This document shows, piece after piece, positions 45,831 to 56,034 of a stretch of 58,429 nt of DNA. Made by a program: the position numbers and the translations under genes. A model generated the notes under the pieces. The model did not search any database. It was given only the letters and a program-made list of their open reading frames with translations, and was not told where the DNA came from. The stretch is taken from positions 1 through 58,429 of the forward strand of contig CANGJU010000003.1 in assembly GCA_947453935.1 (NCBI GenBank), in the 5' to 3' direction. Position 1 is the first letter of the stretch. Each line of letters opens with the position of its first letter. The DNA is from Bacteroidota bacterium. GTDB lineage: Bacteria > Bacteroidota > Bacteroidia > AKYH767-A > OLB10.

Positions 45831-47648
45831 ATGGCAAATTCTACACATATCAATTTTGCAACGCCTGATTCCAGCGAATTCGATTGGGATAACACAGGCA
45901 AAGCTTATGAAACGTACAAGTCAGCTGACCGTGAGAAAATGGAAGCGTTGTATGATCATAAGTTGAATCAAGTGCTGGAGCACGAAATCATGATGGGAAC
46001 CATCATTAGCTTAACCAGCAAAGAAGCCGTTGTTGACATCGGCTACAAGTCGGATGGATTAATTCCGCTTACTGAATTCCGTCACATGCCAGATTTAAAA
46101 GCTGGCGACAAGGTGGAAGTGTACGTGGAAACTACAGAAGACAAAAACGGTCAATTGATCCTTTCTCACAAGCGTGCGCGTGCTACCAAATCATGGGAGC
46201 GTGTTAACGAGTCTTTGGAGAAAGATGAAATCATTACCGGTTACGTTAAATGTCGTACGAAGGGTGGTTTAATCGTAGATGTTTTTGGTATTGAAGCTTT
46301 CTTACCAGGATCTCAAATCGATGTTAAGCCTATCCGTGATTACGATGTTTACGTAGGAAAAACAATGGAATTCAAGATTGTTAAAATCAATCAAGAGTTC
46401 AAAAATGTGGTTGTTTCTCACAAGGTTCTTATCGAGAACGAAATGGAGAAGCAGAAGCTTGAAATCATGAGTAAACTTGAAAAAGGTCAGGTGCTTGAAG
46501 GAACTGTGAAAAACATCACTTCTTATGGTGTGTTCATGGATCTTGGTGGTGTTGATGGCTTACTTCATATTACTGATATCAGCTGGGGCCGCATCAATCA
46601 TCCAGAAGAAGTATTGAAGTTGGATGATAAAATCAATGTAGTAATTCTTGATTTTGATGATGAGAAGAAGCGTATCGCGTTAGGTTTAAAACAATTAACT
46701 GCTCAACCTTGGGAAGCTTTAGATGCAAATCTGAAAGAAGGCGACCGTATCAAAGGAAAAGTAGTTGTATTAACTGACTACGGTGCATTCATCGAAATTA
46801 TCCCGGGTGTTGAAGGTTTAATTCACGTTTCTGAAATGTCTTGGTCACAACATTTACGTAGTCCGCAAGACTTCTTAAAAGTAGGTGATGAAGTAGAAAC
46901 AGTAATCCTTTCAGTTGACCGTGATGAGCATAAAATGTCATTAGGTTTAAAACAACTTTCTGATGATCCTTGGGGAGCTATCTTAGCTAAATATCCTGTT
47001 GGATCTAAGCATAAAGCGAAGGTGCGTAACTTCACTAACTTCGGTGTATTCGTAGAGTTAGAAGAAGGTGTTGATGGATTAATTCACATCAGCGACTTAA
47101 GCTGGAACAAGAAAATCAAGCATCCTGCTGAATTCACTAAGATTGGTGAAGAACTAGATGTTGTTGTTTTAGAAGTAGATGTTGATAATCGTCGTTTAAG
47201 TCTTGGACATAAGCAATTAGAAGATAATCCATGGGATACTTACGAAACAGTATTCACTGTTGGAAGCGTTCACGAAGGTGCTATTGGAAAAGTAACTGAT
47301 AAAGGTGCTGCTGTAATGTTCTCAACATATGGTGTTGAAGCATTCGCTCCTTACCGTCAGTTATCTAAACAAGATGGAACTGTTGCTAAAGAAAACGAAA
47401 CTTTAGATTTCAAAGTAATCGAATTCAGCAAGGACAATCGTCGTATTGTAGTTTCTCATACTCGTATCTTTGATGAAAAAGCAGCTGAAGAAAAGAAAGT
47501 TCAATCTGCTGAAAAAGAAAAAGATGAGAATACAACTGCAAAGGCCGTGAAGAAAATTAAAGAATCACAGGAGAAATCAACTTTAGGAGATATCTCGGCG
47601 CTTGCTAACTTGAAGAATAGCATGGATGAAAACAATAACAATGCATAA
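45831..47648 (+). CDS. rpsA: 30S ribosomal protein S1
   Basis: Repeated S1 domains (DIGYKSDG, FLPGSQID, DGLLHITDISW, EGLIHVSEMSW, DGLIHISDLSW). Confidence 0.98.
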   Translation: MANSTHINFATPDSSEFDWDNTGKAYETYKSADREKMEALYDHKLNQVLEHEIMMGTIISLTSKEAVVDIGYKSDGLIPLTEFRHMPDLKAGDKVEVYVETTEDKNGQLILSHKRARATKSWERVNESLEKDEIITGYVKCRTKGGLIVDVFGIEAFLPGSQIDVKPIRDYDVYVGKTMEFKIVKINQEFKNVVVSHKVLIENEMEKQKLEIMSKLEKGQVLEGTVKNITSYGVFMDLGGVDGLLHITDISWGRINHPEEVLKLDDKINVVILDFDDEKKRIALGLKQLTAQPWEALDANLKEGDRIKGKVVVLTDYGAFIEIIPGVEGLIHVSEMSWSQHLRSPQDFLKVGDEVETVILSVDRDEHKMSLGLKQLSDDPWGAILAKYPVGSKHKAKVRNFTNFGVFVELEEGVDGLIHISDLSWNKKIKHPAEFTKIGEELDVVVLEVDVDNRRLSLGHKQLEDNPWDTYETVFTVGSVHEGAIGKVTDKGAAVMFSTYGVEAFAPYRQLSKQDGTVAKENETLDFKVIEFSKDNRRIVVSHTRIFDEKAAEEKKVQSAEKEKDENTTAKAVKKIKESQEKSTLGDISALANLKNSMDENNNNA

Positions 47649-47668
47649 TTTTAGTTTTCATAAATAGT

Positions 47669-47706
47669 AAAAAGTCCCTCTTAATTTATTAAGGGGGATT
47701 TTTTTT
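47669..47706 (+). terminator. Intrinsic terminator after rpsA
   Basis: gtccctcttaat / attaagggggat stem plus T-run. Confidence 0.8.
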
Positions 47707-47732
47707 GAATAAATACACTAAATTTGCTCACG

Positions 47733-48290
47733 ATGCAAAACGGACAAACAAAGCGAATTTTTGATAAGGAATTGCTACGCATTACCATCGATCGTTTATG
47801 TTATCAGTTAATCGAAAATCACAATGATTTTAAAGGGACTGTCATCATCGGAATACAGTCACGAGGTGTATTGGTATCTCGTCGAATTTTTAAACGCCTT
47901 CAAGAAATAAACCCTTCAATCGATATTCAGTACGGCGAGCTCGATATCAGTTTTTACAGAGATGATTTCCGACGTAGAGAATTGATAGTGCCCAGTGCTA
48001 ATAAAATGGATATTGAAGTGGAAGGGAAGGTAGTAGTGTTAGTGGATGATGTATTATATACAGGAAGAACCATCAGAGCCGCACTCGATGCCTTGTTGGA
48101 TTTTGGTCGTCCAACAAAAGTGGAATTACTCGCTTTAATTGACAGAAAGTTTAGTCGTGAATTACCGATTGCTGCCGATTATATCGGGCAATCTATAGAT
48201 ACCATCGCAAGTGAAAAAGTATTAGTTCAACTTCAGTCGGATGATGGTGACGACGGAGTTTGGATCACTTCATCAGAAACAAAATTATGA
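47733..48290 (+). CDS. pyrR: Pyrimidine regulatory protein / UPRTase PyrR
   Basis: LDISFYRDD, VLVDDVLYTGRTIRAALDAL, LIDR...ELPI.ADYIG. Confidence 0.95.
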   Translation: MQNGQTKRIFDKELLRITIDRLCYQLIENHNDFKGTVIIGIQSRGVLVSRRIFKRLQEINPSIDIQYGELDISFYRDDFRRRELIVPSANKMDIEVEGKVVVLVDDVLYTGRTIRAALDALLDFGRPTKVELLALIDRKFSRELPIAADYIGQSIDTIASEKVLVQLQSDDGDDGVWITSSETKL

Positions 48291-49225
48291 GTCAACAGTT
48301 GAGTGTTAAACATCTTCTAGGCATTAAAGATCTTACGAAAGAAGATATTGAACTCATATTTCAAACTGCTGATAATTTTAAGGAGGTGATTAATCGCCCA
48401 ATTAAAAAAGTTCCATCTCTTCGCGATATTACGGTTGCCAATATTTTCTTCGAAAACTCTACTCGTACTAAATTAAGTTTTGAATTAGCAGAAAAACGTT
48501 TGTCTGCTGATGTAGTTAATTTTTCTGCCTCTGGCTCTTCTGTTTCAAAAGGAGAAACATTAATCGATACAGTTAATAATATCCTAGCCATGAAAGTGGA
48601 TATGGTCGTTATGCGTCACCCAAAACCAGGAGCTGCTGTATTCCTTGCCAATCACATAAATGCGAGTGTTATTAATGCAGGTGATGGTACTCATGAACAT
48701 CCAACACAAGCATTGCTTGATGCATTCTCGATTCGTGAAAAACTTGGAAGTGTAGAAGGTAAAAAGGTAGTTATTGTAGGAGATATATTACACTCTCGCG
48801 TGGCTTTATCCAATATTTTTTGCTTGCAAAAATTAGGTGCTGAGGTAATGGTATGCGGACCAAAAACGCTAATTCCAAAATACATGAGCGAATTAGGCGT
48901 AAAGGTTGAACATGACTTAATAAAAGCCTTAAACTGGTGTGATGTGGCCAATATGCTGCGTATACAACTCGAACGACAAGATATTAAGTATTTTCCTTCT
49001 TTACGTGAGTATAGCATGCTTTACGGACTTAATCGCAGTATTCTGGATGGACTATCCAAAGAGATTGTGGTAATGCATCCAGGTCCGATTAACAGAGGAG
49101 TTGAAATTACCAGCGATGTAGCCGATAGCAAACAGAGTATTATTCTCGATCAGGTGGAGAATGGGGTAGCGGTGAGAATGGCTGTTTTGTACCTATTAGC
49201 TCAAAACAGTGGATTTAAACAATAA
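48287..49225 (+). CDS. pyrB: Aspartate carbamoyltransferase catalytic subunit
   Basis: FFENSTRT, NAGDGTHEHPTQALLD, HPGPINRGVEI. Confidence 0.97.
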   Translation: MSQQLSVKHLLGIKDLTKEDIELIFQTADNFKEVINRPIKKVPSLRDITVANIFFENSTRTKLSFELAEKRLSADVVNFSASGSSVSKGETLIDTVNNILAMKVDMVVMRHPKPGAAVFLANHINASVINAGDGTHEHPTQALLDAFSIREKLGSVEGKKVVIVGDILHSRVALSNIFCLQKLGAEVMVCGPKTLIPKYMSELGVKVEHDLIKALNWCDVANMLRIQLERQDIKYFPSLREYSMLYGLNRSILDGLSKEIVVMHPGPINRGVEITSDVADSKQSIILDQVENGVAVRMAVLYLLAQNSGFKQ

Positions 49226-49274
49226 ATCGTTAACAATCATTTGTCGCATAATTTTCTGAATTCAATTTTTATAG

Positions 49275-49282
49275 TATATTTG
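49275..49282 (+). promoter_or_regulatory. -7 promoter box upstream of the STAS gene
   Basis: tatatttg matches TAnnTTTG. Confidence 0.6.
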
Positions 49283-49300
49283 TTTAAACACCACTAACCA

Positions 49301-49678
49301 ATGCAGTTCACATTAGATAAAAATGATAAATACGTAGTTGTAAAACTACATGAGCAAAAGTTAAACACACTTATTGCTGCTGAGTTGAAATCAGAGTTGT
49401 TATTAATCAATAGCCAAGGTTTTTCTAATATTGTTGTCGACTTATCCGAATCAATGTATTGCGATTCATCAGGACTAAGTGCAATCTTAGTTGGAAACCG
49501 TTTATGTAAAAACTCAAATGGAGTTTTCGTAGTGACAGGATTAAATGACGCAGTTAAAAAGCTTGTACAGATATCGCAATTGGATCAAGTATTAAATATT
49601 AAATCATCGAATCAGGAAGCTGTTGAGTTTGTTATTGCAAATGAAATGGAAAAAAATATTAACGAAGATCAGTCATAA
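49301..49678 (+). CDS. STAS domain anti-sigma factor antagonist
   Basis: IVVDLS...YCDSSGLSAIL, VKKLVQISQLD. Confidence 0.9.
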   Translation: MQFTLDKNDKYVVVKLHEQKLNTLIAAELKSELLLINSQGFSNIVVDLSESMYCDSSGLSAILVGNRLCKNSNGVFVVTGLNDAVKKLVQISQLDQVLNIKSSNQEAVEFVIANEMEKNINEDQS

Positions 49679-49689
49679 TTAAAGTTAGC

Positions 49690-50442
49690 ATGAAAAAAAT
49701 AATTACCCTTATAGCAAGTTTTGTCATTCTTGGAAGTGAAATAGCATTCTCTCAATGCGTACCTAATTCTGCTATCACGCAGCCAGGTATTTATCCGGAT
49801 AGCGCAACAGGATTAACACCTGCAGTAGTGAATCAACCCTATGTGCAAGAAATGCAGTTAAAGGTTCCGGTTGATACAGTAGTTAATATCGGGCCTCTTC
49901 CTGTTACGGTTCCAATTACATCTATTGAATTGATTGCCTTCTCTGGTTTGCCTGCTGGACTTTCATATACATGTAATCCTGCTAATTGTACTTTCCCAGG
50001 TGGTTCTAACGGATGTGTTGCTGTAACAGGAACTCCAACAGTTGCGGGTGTTTATCAAATCACAGCAATTACAAAAACAAATGCTACTATTTTCGGTGTA
50101 GCTAATTCACAATACGACACACTTAATTATTACTACTTGACAGTTTCAACTGCAGCAGGATTAAGCGAAGCAGGAACACCTACGTTATCGATGAGTCAGA
50201 ATATGCCGAATCCAACGGAAGACTTTACAACTATCATTTATAATTTACCTAATTCAGGAGAAGTTGAATTTTATATGCACAACATGATTGGCAAAGAAGT
50301 TTATCACAGAACGTATAATGGCGATCAAGGTGAAAACGTTTTAAAGTTAGATGTGCGTGATTTTACTCCTGGCGTTTACATGTACTCCATTTCTGTTAAC
50401 GGCGAGTCTGTGACAAAGAGAATGGTGATTTCTAAAAAGTAA
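49690..50442 (+). CDS. T9SS type A sorting domain-containing secreted protein
   Basis: Signal peptide; C-terminal QNMPNP...NMIGKEV...GVYMYSI.....VTKRMVI. Confidence 0.9.
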   Translation: MKKIITLIASFVILGSEIAFSQCVPNSAITQPGIYPDSATGLTPAVVNQPYVQEMQLKVPVDTVVNIGPLPVTVPITSIELIAFSGLPAGLSYTCNPANCTFPGGSNGCVAVTGTPTVAGVYQITAITKTNATIFGVANSQYDTLNYYYLTVSTAAGLSEAGTPTLSMSQNMPNPTEDFTTIIYNLPNSGEVEFYMHNMIGKEVYHRTYNGDQGENVLKLDVRDFTPGVYMYSISVNGESVTKRMVISKK

Positions 50443-51357
50443 ATGGGTTTTGAATTAACAATTTTAGGGAGTAGTTCTGCTACTCCCATTTATAATCGAC
50501 ATCCTACCTCTCAGTTATTAGTTATTCGCGATCATCATTTTCTGATTGATTGCGGTGAAGGTACTTTAACACAGTTGTTAAATTACCGAATTAAGTATCA
50601 CAAAATAACCCATATTTTTATTAGTCATTTGCATGGTGACCATTACCTTGGTTTGGTAGGCTTGATTTCTACTTTTCACTTACAGGGAAGAACAAGCGAT
50701 TTACATATTTACGGACAACAAGAGTTGATGGATATTATCGAGATTCAATTGCGAATTTCGAATATGCATCTCCGTTATAATCTCATCTTTCATTCTGTAC
50801 GACATTACGCTCCTGAAGTTGTATTTGAAGACGAAGAAATAATGGTGCGTTCAGTAGTGTTGAATCACAGAGTCCCTTGTACAGGATTTATCTTTAAAGA
50901 AAAACCTCGTCCGAGAAAGTTACGAATCGATAAACTTCAAGAACATAATATTCCTTTTACGTATTTCAATAAACTTAGGAAAGGAGAGGATTTTAGAACG
51001 TATAACGGTGATGTGATACCGAACAAGGAACTAACAGAAGAACCTTCGCCATCACGCGCCTATGCGTATTGTTCAGATACTATTTTTGATATTGGTATTG
51101 CGGATGAAGTACGAGGTGTTGACTTATTATATCACGAAGCAACCTTCTTACACGAACAAGAAGACAGAGCTGCTGCAACATTTCATTCTACCTGTATACA
51201 GGCGGCTGAGGTCGCGAAAAAAGGAGAGGTGAATAAATTAATCATCGGACATTTCTCTGCTCGCTATCGCGATTTGCAACCCTTGTTGTTAGAAGCCAGA
51301 ACTGTTTTTACGAATACCGAGTTAGCGCTGGAAGGAAGGAAGTTTAAGGTTGACTAA
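50443..51357 (+). CDS. rnz: Ribonuclease Z
   Basis: LGSSSATP, DCGEGT, SHLHGDH, YCSDT, HEATF, GHFSARY. Confidence 0.95.
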   Translation: MGFELTILGSSSATPIYNRHPTSQLLVIRDHHFLIDCGEGTLTQLLNYRIKYHKITHIFISHLHGDHYLGLVGLISTFHLQGRTSDLHIYGQQELMDIIEIQLRISNMHLRYNLIFHSVRHYAPEVVFEDEEIMVRSVVLNHRVPCTGFIFKEKPRPRKLRIDKLQEHNIPFTYFNKLRKGEDFRTYNGDVIPNKELTEEPSPSRAYAYCSDTIFDIGIADEVRGVDLLYHEATFLHEQEDRAAATFHSTCIQAAEVAKKGEVNKLIIGHFSARYRDLQPLLLEARTVFTNTELALEGRKFKVD

Positions 51358-51361
51358 AAAC

Positions 51362-51383
51362 GGTGGCTGAGGCCCTCGAAGCC
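51362..51383 (+). repeat. Isolated REP-like motif
   Basis: ggtggctgaggccctcgaagcc shares the ctgag-N4/5-tcgaag core with copies at 15353 and 15545. Confidence 0.5.
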
Positions 51384-51433
51384 CCGAATTGATGTGCTAA
51401 TTTGCCAATCAGATAATTTGCTAAATAGTTTTA

Positions 51434-51991
51434 TTAAATCAATTTCATTTCTAAAAGTGCCTTCACCTTCAGCACCGATGCAACAGAAAGTAAATCTTTT
51501 ATTTCTCCATTCATCACCATTGTTGCTAATTCATCAAATGGTAATTTGCGAATTTGTAATTGTTCAGTTTCTTCAGGATTAGTTTCTGTTATGGTAAGTC
51601 CTCTTGCAATGTAGGCATATCCTATTTCATCAGAAACAGAATTCGAAAGCTGACAACCATCGATAATTAATTCCCATTCGCTGGCAATTAAGCCCGCCTC
51701 TTCTTCGAGTTCTCGTTGAGCACCTTCTAATAAATCTTCTCCCTCTGGAACACCACCTTCAATGACTTCCCACTCATACGTTTTAGTAGTATATCGAAAT
51801 TGTCCAACAATCCACGTATTGTTTTCTTCATCTAGCGGAATAATGGCCATCGCTCTATTCTTAAAATGTACCACACCGTAAATGCCATCATTGCCAGCAG
51901 GATTTATCACTTGCGACTCATCAAGTCTTATCCAAGGGTTATTGTATTTGGTTTCGGTCGATTTTGTAATCCAGGGATTTTGTTCTGTCAT
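51434..51991 (-). CDS. NUDIX hydrolase (ADP-ribose pyrophosphatase-like)
   Basis: Nudix box GGVPEGEDLLEGAQRELEEEAG; QFRY. Confidence 0.93.
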   Translation of the reverse strand: MTEQNPWITKSTETKYNNPWIRLDESQVINPAGNDGIYGVVHFKNRAMAIIPLDEENNTWIVGQFRYTTKTYEWEVIEGGVPEGEDLLEGAQRELEEEAGLIASEWELIIDGCQLSNSVSDEIGYAYIARGLTITETNPEETEQLQIRKLPFDELATMVMNGEIKDLLSVASVLKVKALLEMKLI

Positions 51992-52073
51992 GCAACAAAA
52001 TTATCGATTTCATTTATTGAATTTGATAAAGTTGTTCGCTTTACTTTTATATTCGTATTCAAATAATCATGAT

Positions 52074-53048
52074 ATGAATCGAATAGCTGTTTTTACATCA
52101 GGAGGAGATGCTCCAGGAATGAATGCTTGTATTCGAGCAGTCACGCGTGCCGCACTTGCCAATAATATTCAGGTTTATGGTATCATGCGCGGCTATCAAG
52201 GAATGATAGATGGAGAAATTATATCAATGGATTCTCGTTCTGTTTCGAATATTGTACAACGTGGCGGAACAATTTTAAAGGCCGCTCGCAGTAAAGAGTT
52301 TCTTTCAAAAGAAGGACGTGATAAAGCCTATGAGCATTTAAAGAAACATGATATCAATTGTATTGTTGCTATCGGAGGCGATGGAACATTTTCTGGGGCT
52401 GAAGTATTTACGAATGAACATCCTGATATTAAAATTGTAGGTATTCCAGGTACAATTGATAATGATTTAGCAGGTACTGATTTTACACTTGGTTTTGATA
52501 CAGCTTTGAATACAGTAGTCGATGCGGTCGATAAAATTAAAGATACCGCAGCCTCTCACGATCGTTGTTTTTTGATTGAAGTAATGGGCCGTGATTCTGG
52601 TTGCATCGCGTTATGGGCTGCTGTTGCTGGAGGTGCTGAAATGGTAATGTTACCCGAAAAAGCGATGAGTGTAGAAGACTTAGTTCACACACTAGAAACT
52701 GCAAAAAAGAATAAAAAGTCGAGTACTATTGTAATTGTGGCAGAGGGTGAAAAGAACGGAGGTGCACAAGCGATAGCTGCTAAAATGAAAGAACATATTC
52801 AGGATTATGAAACCAAAGTAACGGTTTTAGGTCATATACAGCGAGGTGGTAAACCAAGTGCCTTCGATCGTATTCTTGCTGCTCGATTAGGTGTTCATGC
52901 GGTGGAACAGTTAATGTCAGGACAAACCAAAGTAATGGTGGGGATTCGTTCTAACGCTATTGCACTAACCCCATTTGCTCAGGCTACAAAAAGTCATGAT
53001 CCGCTAGATGAAAAATTATTTTCAATTGCCAATACATTATCCATTTAA
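52074..53048 (+). CDS. pfkA: ATP-dependent 6-phosphofructokinase (ATG at 52074)
   Basis: TSGGDAPGMN, IGGDGTFSG, PGTIDND, EVMGR, LGHIQRGG. Confidence 0.97.
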   Translation: MNRIAVFTSGGDAPGMNACIRAVTRAALANNIQVYGIMRGYQGMIDGEIISMDSRSVSNIVQRGGTILKAARSKEFLSKEGRDKAYEHLKKHDINCIVAIGGDGTFSGAEVFTNEHPDIKIVGIPGTIDNDLAGTDFTLGFDTALNTVVDAVDKIKDTAASHDRCFLIEVMGRDSGCIALWAAVAGGAEMVMLPEKAMSVEDLVHTLETAKKNKKSSTIVIVAEGEKNGGAQAIAAKMKEHIQDYETKVTVLGHIQRGGKPSAFDRILAARLGVHAVEQLMSGQTKVMVGIRSNAIALTPFAQATKSHDPLDEKLFSIANTLSI

Positions 53049-53058
53049 AATTATATCC

Positions 53059-53847
53059 ATGAAAAATAGAATTCTTATTTCATTACTGGCTTTATCAGTT
53101 TCGGTAAGCGCTCAAGATATTTTAAAAACAAAATCAGGCAAACCCATTTTACCTGCTAAAAACGATTTCGCATTGAACATTGATGCTGTACCATTTATCA
53201 ATTTTACAGGTAACTTATTTAATGGAAGTAGCTCGATAGCTCCTCAGTTTTTATTTTCTGAGCGACATCCAATGACTTTATCAGGATTATATCTAAAAGA
53301 AAATGACTTAGCTTACCGTATGAAAGTGCGTTTAGGATTTTCATCTTTAAAAATCGACACAGCTGTTGCGAAGAATGGAAGTACGAATCCGAATGAATTA
53401 GTAATAGATGAATCAATCCAAAAAACCAGTGCAATCACATTAGGATTTGGAGTGCAGAAATGGCGAGGAGAAGGTCGTGTGAGAGCCTATTATGGAGGAG
53501 AGGTTTTGTACGGAGTAAAAACAGATAAAACGACATACACCTACGGAAACGAATTGAGCAATGAAAATCAGGTTACCCGTAACACTTTGTATAAGCCAGG
53601 TAATACAATACAATTCTCTTTACGTGGATTTATTGGTATTGAGTATTTCTTCGCTCCTAAAATGTCGGTGAGTGGTGAATTCGGATGGGGGCCGGCAGCG
53701 CAATCGCGTAAAGCCGGGGAGTTAGTAAGAGAAAAATGGAACGGAGGTGCAGTAGAAGAAATTAAAACAGCTACCGGAAAGTCATCGTTGTTTTCAATCG
53801 ATAATGATAACAACGGAGGCGCTTTAAATCTGAATATTTATTTCTGA
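53059..53847 (+). CDS. Outer membrane beta-barrel protein
   Basis: Signal peptide, alternating strands, GIEYFFAPKMSVSGEFG, terminal NIYF. Confidence 0.75.
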   Translation: MKNRILISLLALSVSVSAQDILKTKSGKPILPAKNDFALNIDAVPFINFTGNLFNGSSSIAPQFLFSERHPMTLSGLYLKENDLAYRMKVRLGFSSLKIDTAVAKNGSTNPNELVIDESIQKTSAITLGFGVQKWRGEGRVRAYYGGEVLYGVKTDKTTYTYGNELSNENQVTRNTLYKPGNTIQFSLRGFIGIEYFFAPKMSVSGEFGWGPAAQSRKAGELVREKWNGGAVEEIKTATGKSSLFSIDNDNNGGALNLNIYF

Positions 53848-54395
53848 TCAGAAGTTCCTTGTTTACTTAAGTAATCCTCGAGTTTGATATTGTTTTTATA
53901 TATTTCCTCAGCAAAATATTTAAGCGTCGGTAAAAACTGATCGCTGGTTTGATACCCTTTTAAATTATAGATTAACTGATATTGTCCGTCTAGAAAGGAG
54001 TAAGTTGGATAACTCATTTGTCCTTGCATTAAATCGATTGCTATCTGATTCGTTTTATAATCTGGTACATAGCCAAACTTTTTATCATGAAACGAAATTG
54101 TGTCCTTTGTTTCTGCATCTAACTTTACTGCATAAAAATTATCGTTCATGTATTTTACTACTGCTGGATCTTTAAAAGTAGCTGCATCCATTTTCTTGCA
54201 CCATCCGCACCATTCAGTATAGGTATCAATAAAAATACGTTTGGGATTTTGGTCATTTAACTTAACAGCTTCTTCAAAACTCATCCAATGAATTCCGTTA
54301 GGGTCATATTTATTTTCTGACGATTGTGCATTGCATCCTGAAAAAAAGAAGGACATACAATAAATGGAAATTATGGTAACGATTTTGTTTTTCAT
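53838..54395 (-). CDS. Thioredoxin-fold lipoprotein (DUF255-like)
   Basis: Lipobox-like FSGC; YTEWCGWCKKMD (CxxC); FYAVKLDAE. Confidence 0.88.
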   Translation of the reverse strand: MKNKIVTIISIYCMSFFFSGCNAQSSENKYDPNGIHWMSFEEAVKLNDQNPKRIFIDTYTEWCGWCKKMDAATFKDPAVVKYMNDNFYAVKLDAETKDTISFHDKKFGYVPDYKTNQIAIDLMQGQMSYPTYSFLDGQYQLIYNLKGYQTSDQFLPTLKYFAEEIYKNNIKLEDYLSKQGTSDQK

Positions 54396-54428
54396 GGTGC
54401 ATTTAACGATTATAATATACTTAGGTTA

Positions 54429-55922
54429 CTATTTTACATCTCCCATTAATTTTTTCACTGCTGGGGAAATAACAATCAATACCACACCTGCGATGATCGA
54501 ATATAATGCTAATTGCTCATAGCCGTTAGTATATGAAATTAATTTCTCTGTGAGAGATGCTTTTGGATTTGGGTCCGACATTCCTGCACCAATAATTCCT
54601 GCTACGTATTGTCCGTAGGCACTTGCTAAAAACCACATACCCATCATCATTCCCTGTAATGGCTGAGGCGATAATTTTGTCATGATAGATAATCCAATTG
54701 GTGATAAGCACAACTCACCAAAAGTAATCACGAAGTAAGCTAGCGTAAATACTTCTAACGATGTTACTCCATTCGAATCTGCAAAAAACTTGGTCTGATA
54801 AAAAACAAAGAAGCCACCAGCTAAAAAGATAAATCCTAATCCGAATTTAATTAAGGTATTAGGCTCAAGATTTCGTTTGCTCATCCAAACCCAAAGCAAA
54901 CCTAAGATAGGAGCGAAGATGATTACAAAAAGAGCATTTGCCGAATTATTAATTCCATTCGGATCGAAATTAACCCCGAAGATGGTGTTGTGTAAATTCT
55001 CATGTGCAAATAACGCTAACGAACCACCGCTTTGTTCGTAGATGCCCCAAAAAATAATAGAGAAGAAGATGAATACCATTGCAGCCATCAATTTCTTTAC
55101 TTCTTCCGAAGAATATTTTCTTAATTCAAATAGTATATAAATTAATGCTGCTGGACCAATCGTGTACATGAAGTAGTCGGTGTACTCTGTTTTAGCAACC
55201 ATCATCATGATAACCGGAATCAATACTAATGATCCAATATATACTGCGAGCTCTGCGATTCTATTTCCTTTGCCTTGGTTTAATGGGGATAATCCAATAG
55301 GACCTAAGCTGCGTTGCGTAAAAATGAATGTTCCTAAACTAATGGTCATAACAATGGCAGCTAAACCGAATGCTAAATTCCACGAATATGAATTTGCAAT
55401 GGCAATGCATGCATAACCTCCTAAAAGAGCTCCGACATTTATACCTGCATAGAATAGCGAGAATCCAGCATCACGACGTGAATCATTTTCATGATATAAT
55501 GATCCTACCATCGTTGAGATATTCGGTTTAAAAAATCCTGTTCCAATAATTGTAAAGCTTGTCCCTAAGAAAAACCAGAAATGATTATCAGCAACAGCAT
55601 GATTAACATTAATACCAAGTGATAAAATTAAACTGCCTGTAATCATTAATAATCCGCCCCAGAAAAGCGATTTGCGAAACCCTAATATTTTATCAGCAAA
55701 GAGTCCACCGATAAATGTAAACGCATATACAAAGGCTTGTATGGCGCCATATTGCAAATTGGCAGTACCTTCATCCATTTTCAATTGCGACACAATAAAT
55801 ACGGCCAGCATTCCGCGCATTCCATAAAAGCAAAAGCGCTCCCACATTTCTGAGAAGAACAGATACCATAATTGTTTCGGATATTTTCCTTTAAAGTTTT
55901 GTATCTCGGCTAATGTCGACAT
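54429..55922 (-). CDS. POT/PTR-family peptide:H+ symporter
   Basis: EMWERFCFYGMR (ExxERF), GFFKPNIS, GELCLSP. Confidence 0.95.
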   Translation of the reverse strand: MSTLAEIQNFKGKYPKQLWYLFFSEMWERFCFYGMRGMLAVFIVSQLKMDEGTANLQYGAIQAFVYAFTFIGGLFADKILGFRKSLFWGGLLMITGSLILSLGINVNHAVADNHFWFFLGTSFTIIGTGFFKPNISTMVGSLYHENDSRRDAGFSLFYAGINVGALLGGYACIAIANSYSWNLAFGLAAIVMTISLGTFIFTQRSLGPIGLSPLNQGKGNRIAELAVYIGSLVLIPVIMMMVAKTEYTDYFMYTIGPAALIYILFELRKYSSEEVKKLMAAMVFIFFSIIFWGIYEQSGGSLALFAHENLHNTIFGVNFDPNGINNSANALFVIIFAPILGLLWVWMSKRNLEPNTLIKFGLGFIFLAGGFFVFYQTKFFADSNGVTSLEVFTLAYFVITFGELCLSPIGLSIMTKLSPQPLQGMMMGMWFLASAYGQYVAGIIGAGMSDPNPKASLTEKLISYTNGYEQLALYSIIAGVVLIVISPAVKKLMGDVK

Positions 55923-55982
55923 AGTAATTTCGTTTTAATCAAAGTAAATCTATTTTAGGCAATTTCCCAATAGGGCTAAAAT

Positions 55983-56012
55983 AAAAAAGTCCTGACTTAT
56001 CATCAGGACTTT
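55983..56012 (-). terminator. Intrinsic terminator between the two POT genes
   Basis: aaagtcctga / tcaggacttt stem; the A-run on + gives a U-tail for the minus-strand transcript. Confidence 0.75.
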
Positions 56013-56034
56013 CTCATTAATTATTAAAACACGA

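Noticed and set aside
47649-47732. PyrR-binding attenuator upstream of pyrR
   Set aside because: Only the rpsA terminator is visible; I found no PyrR binding loop or antiterminator.
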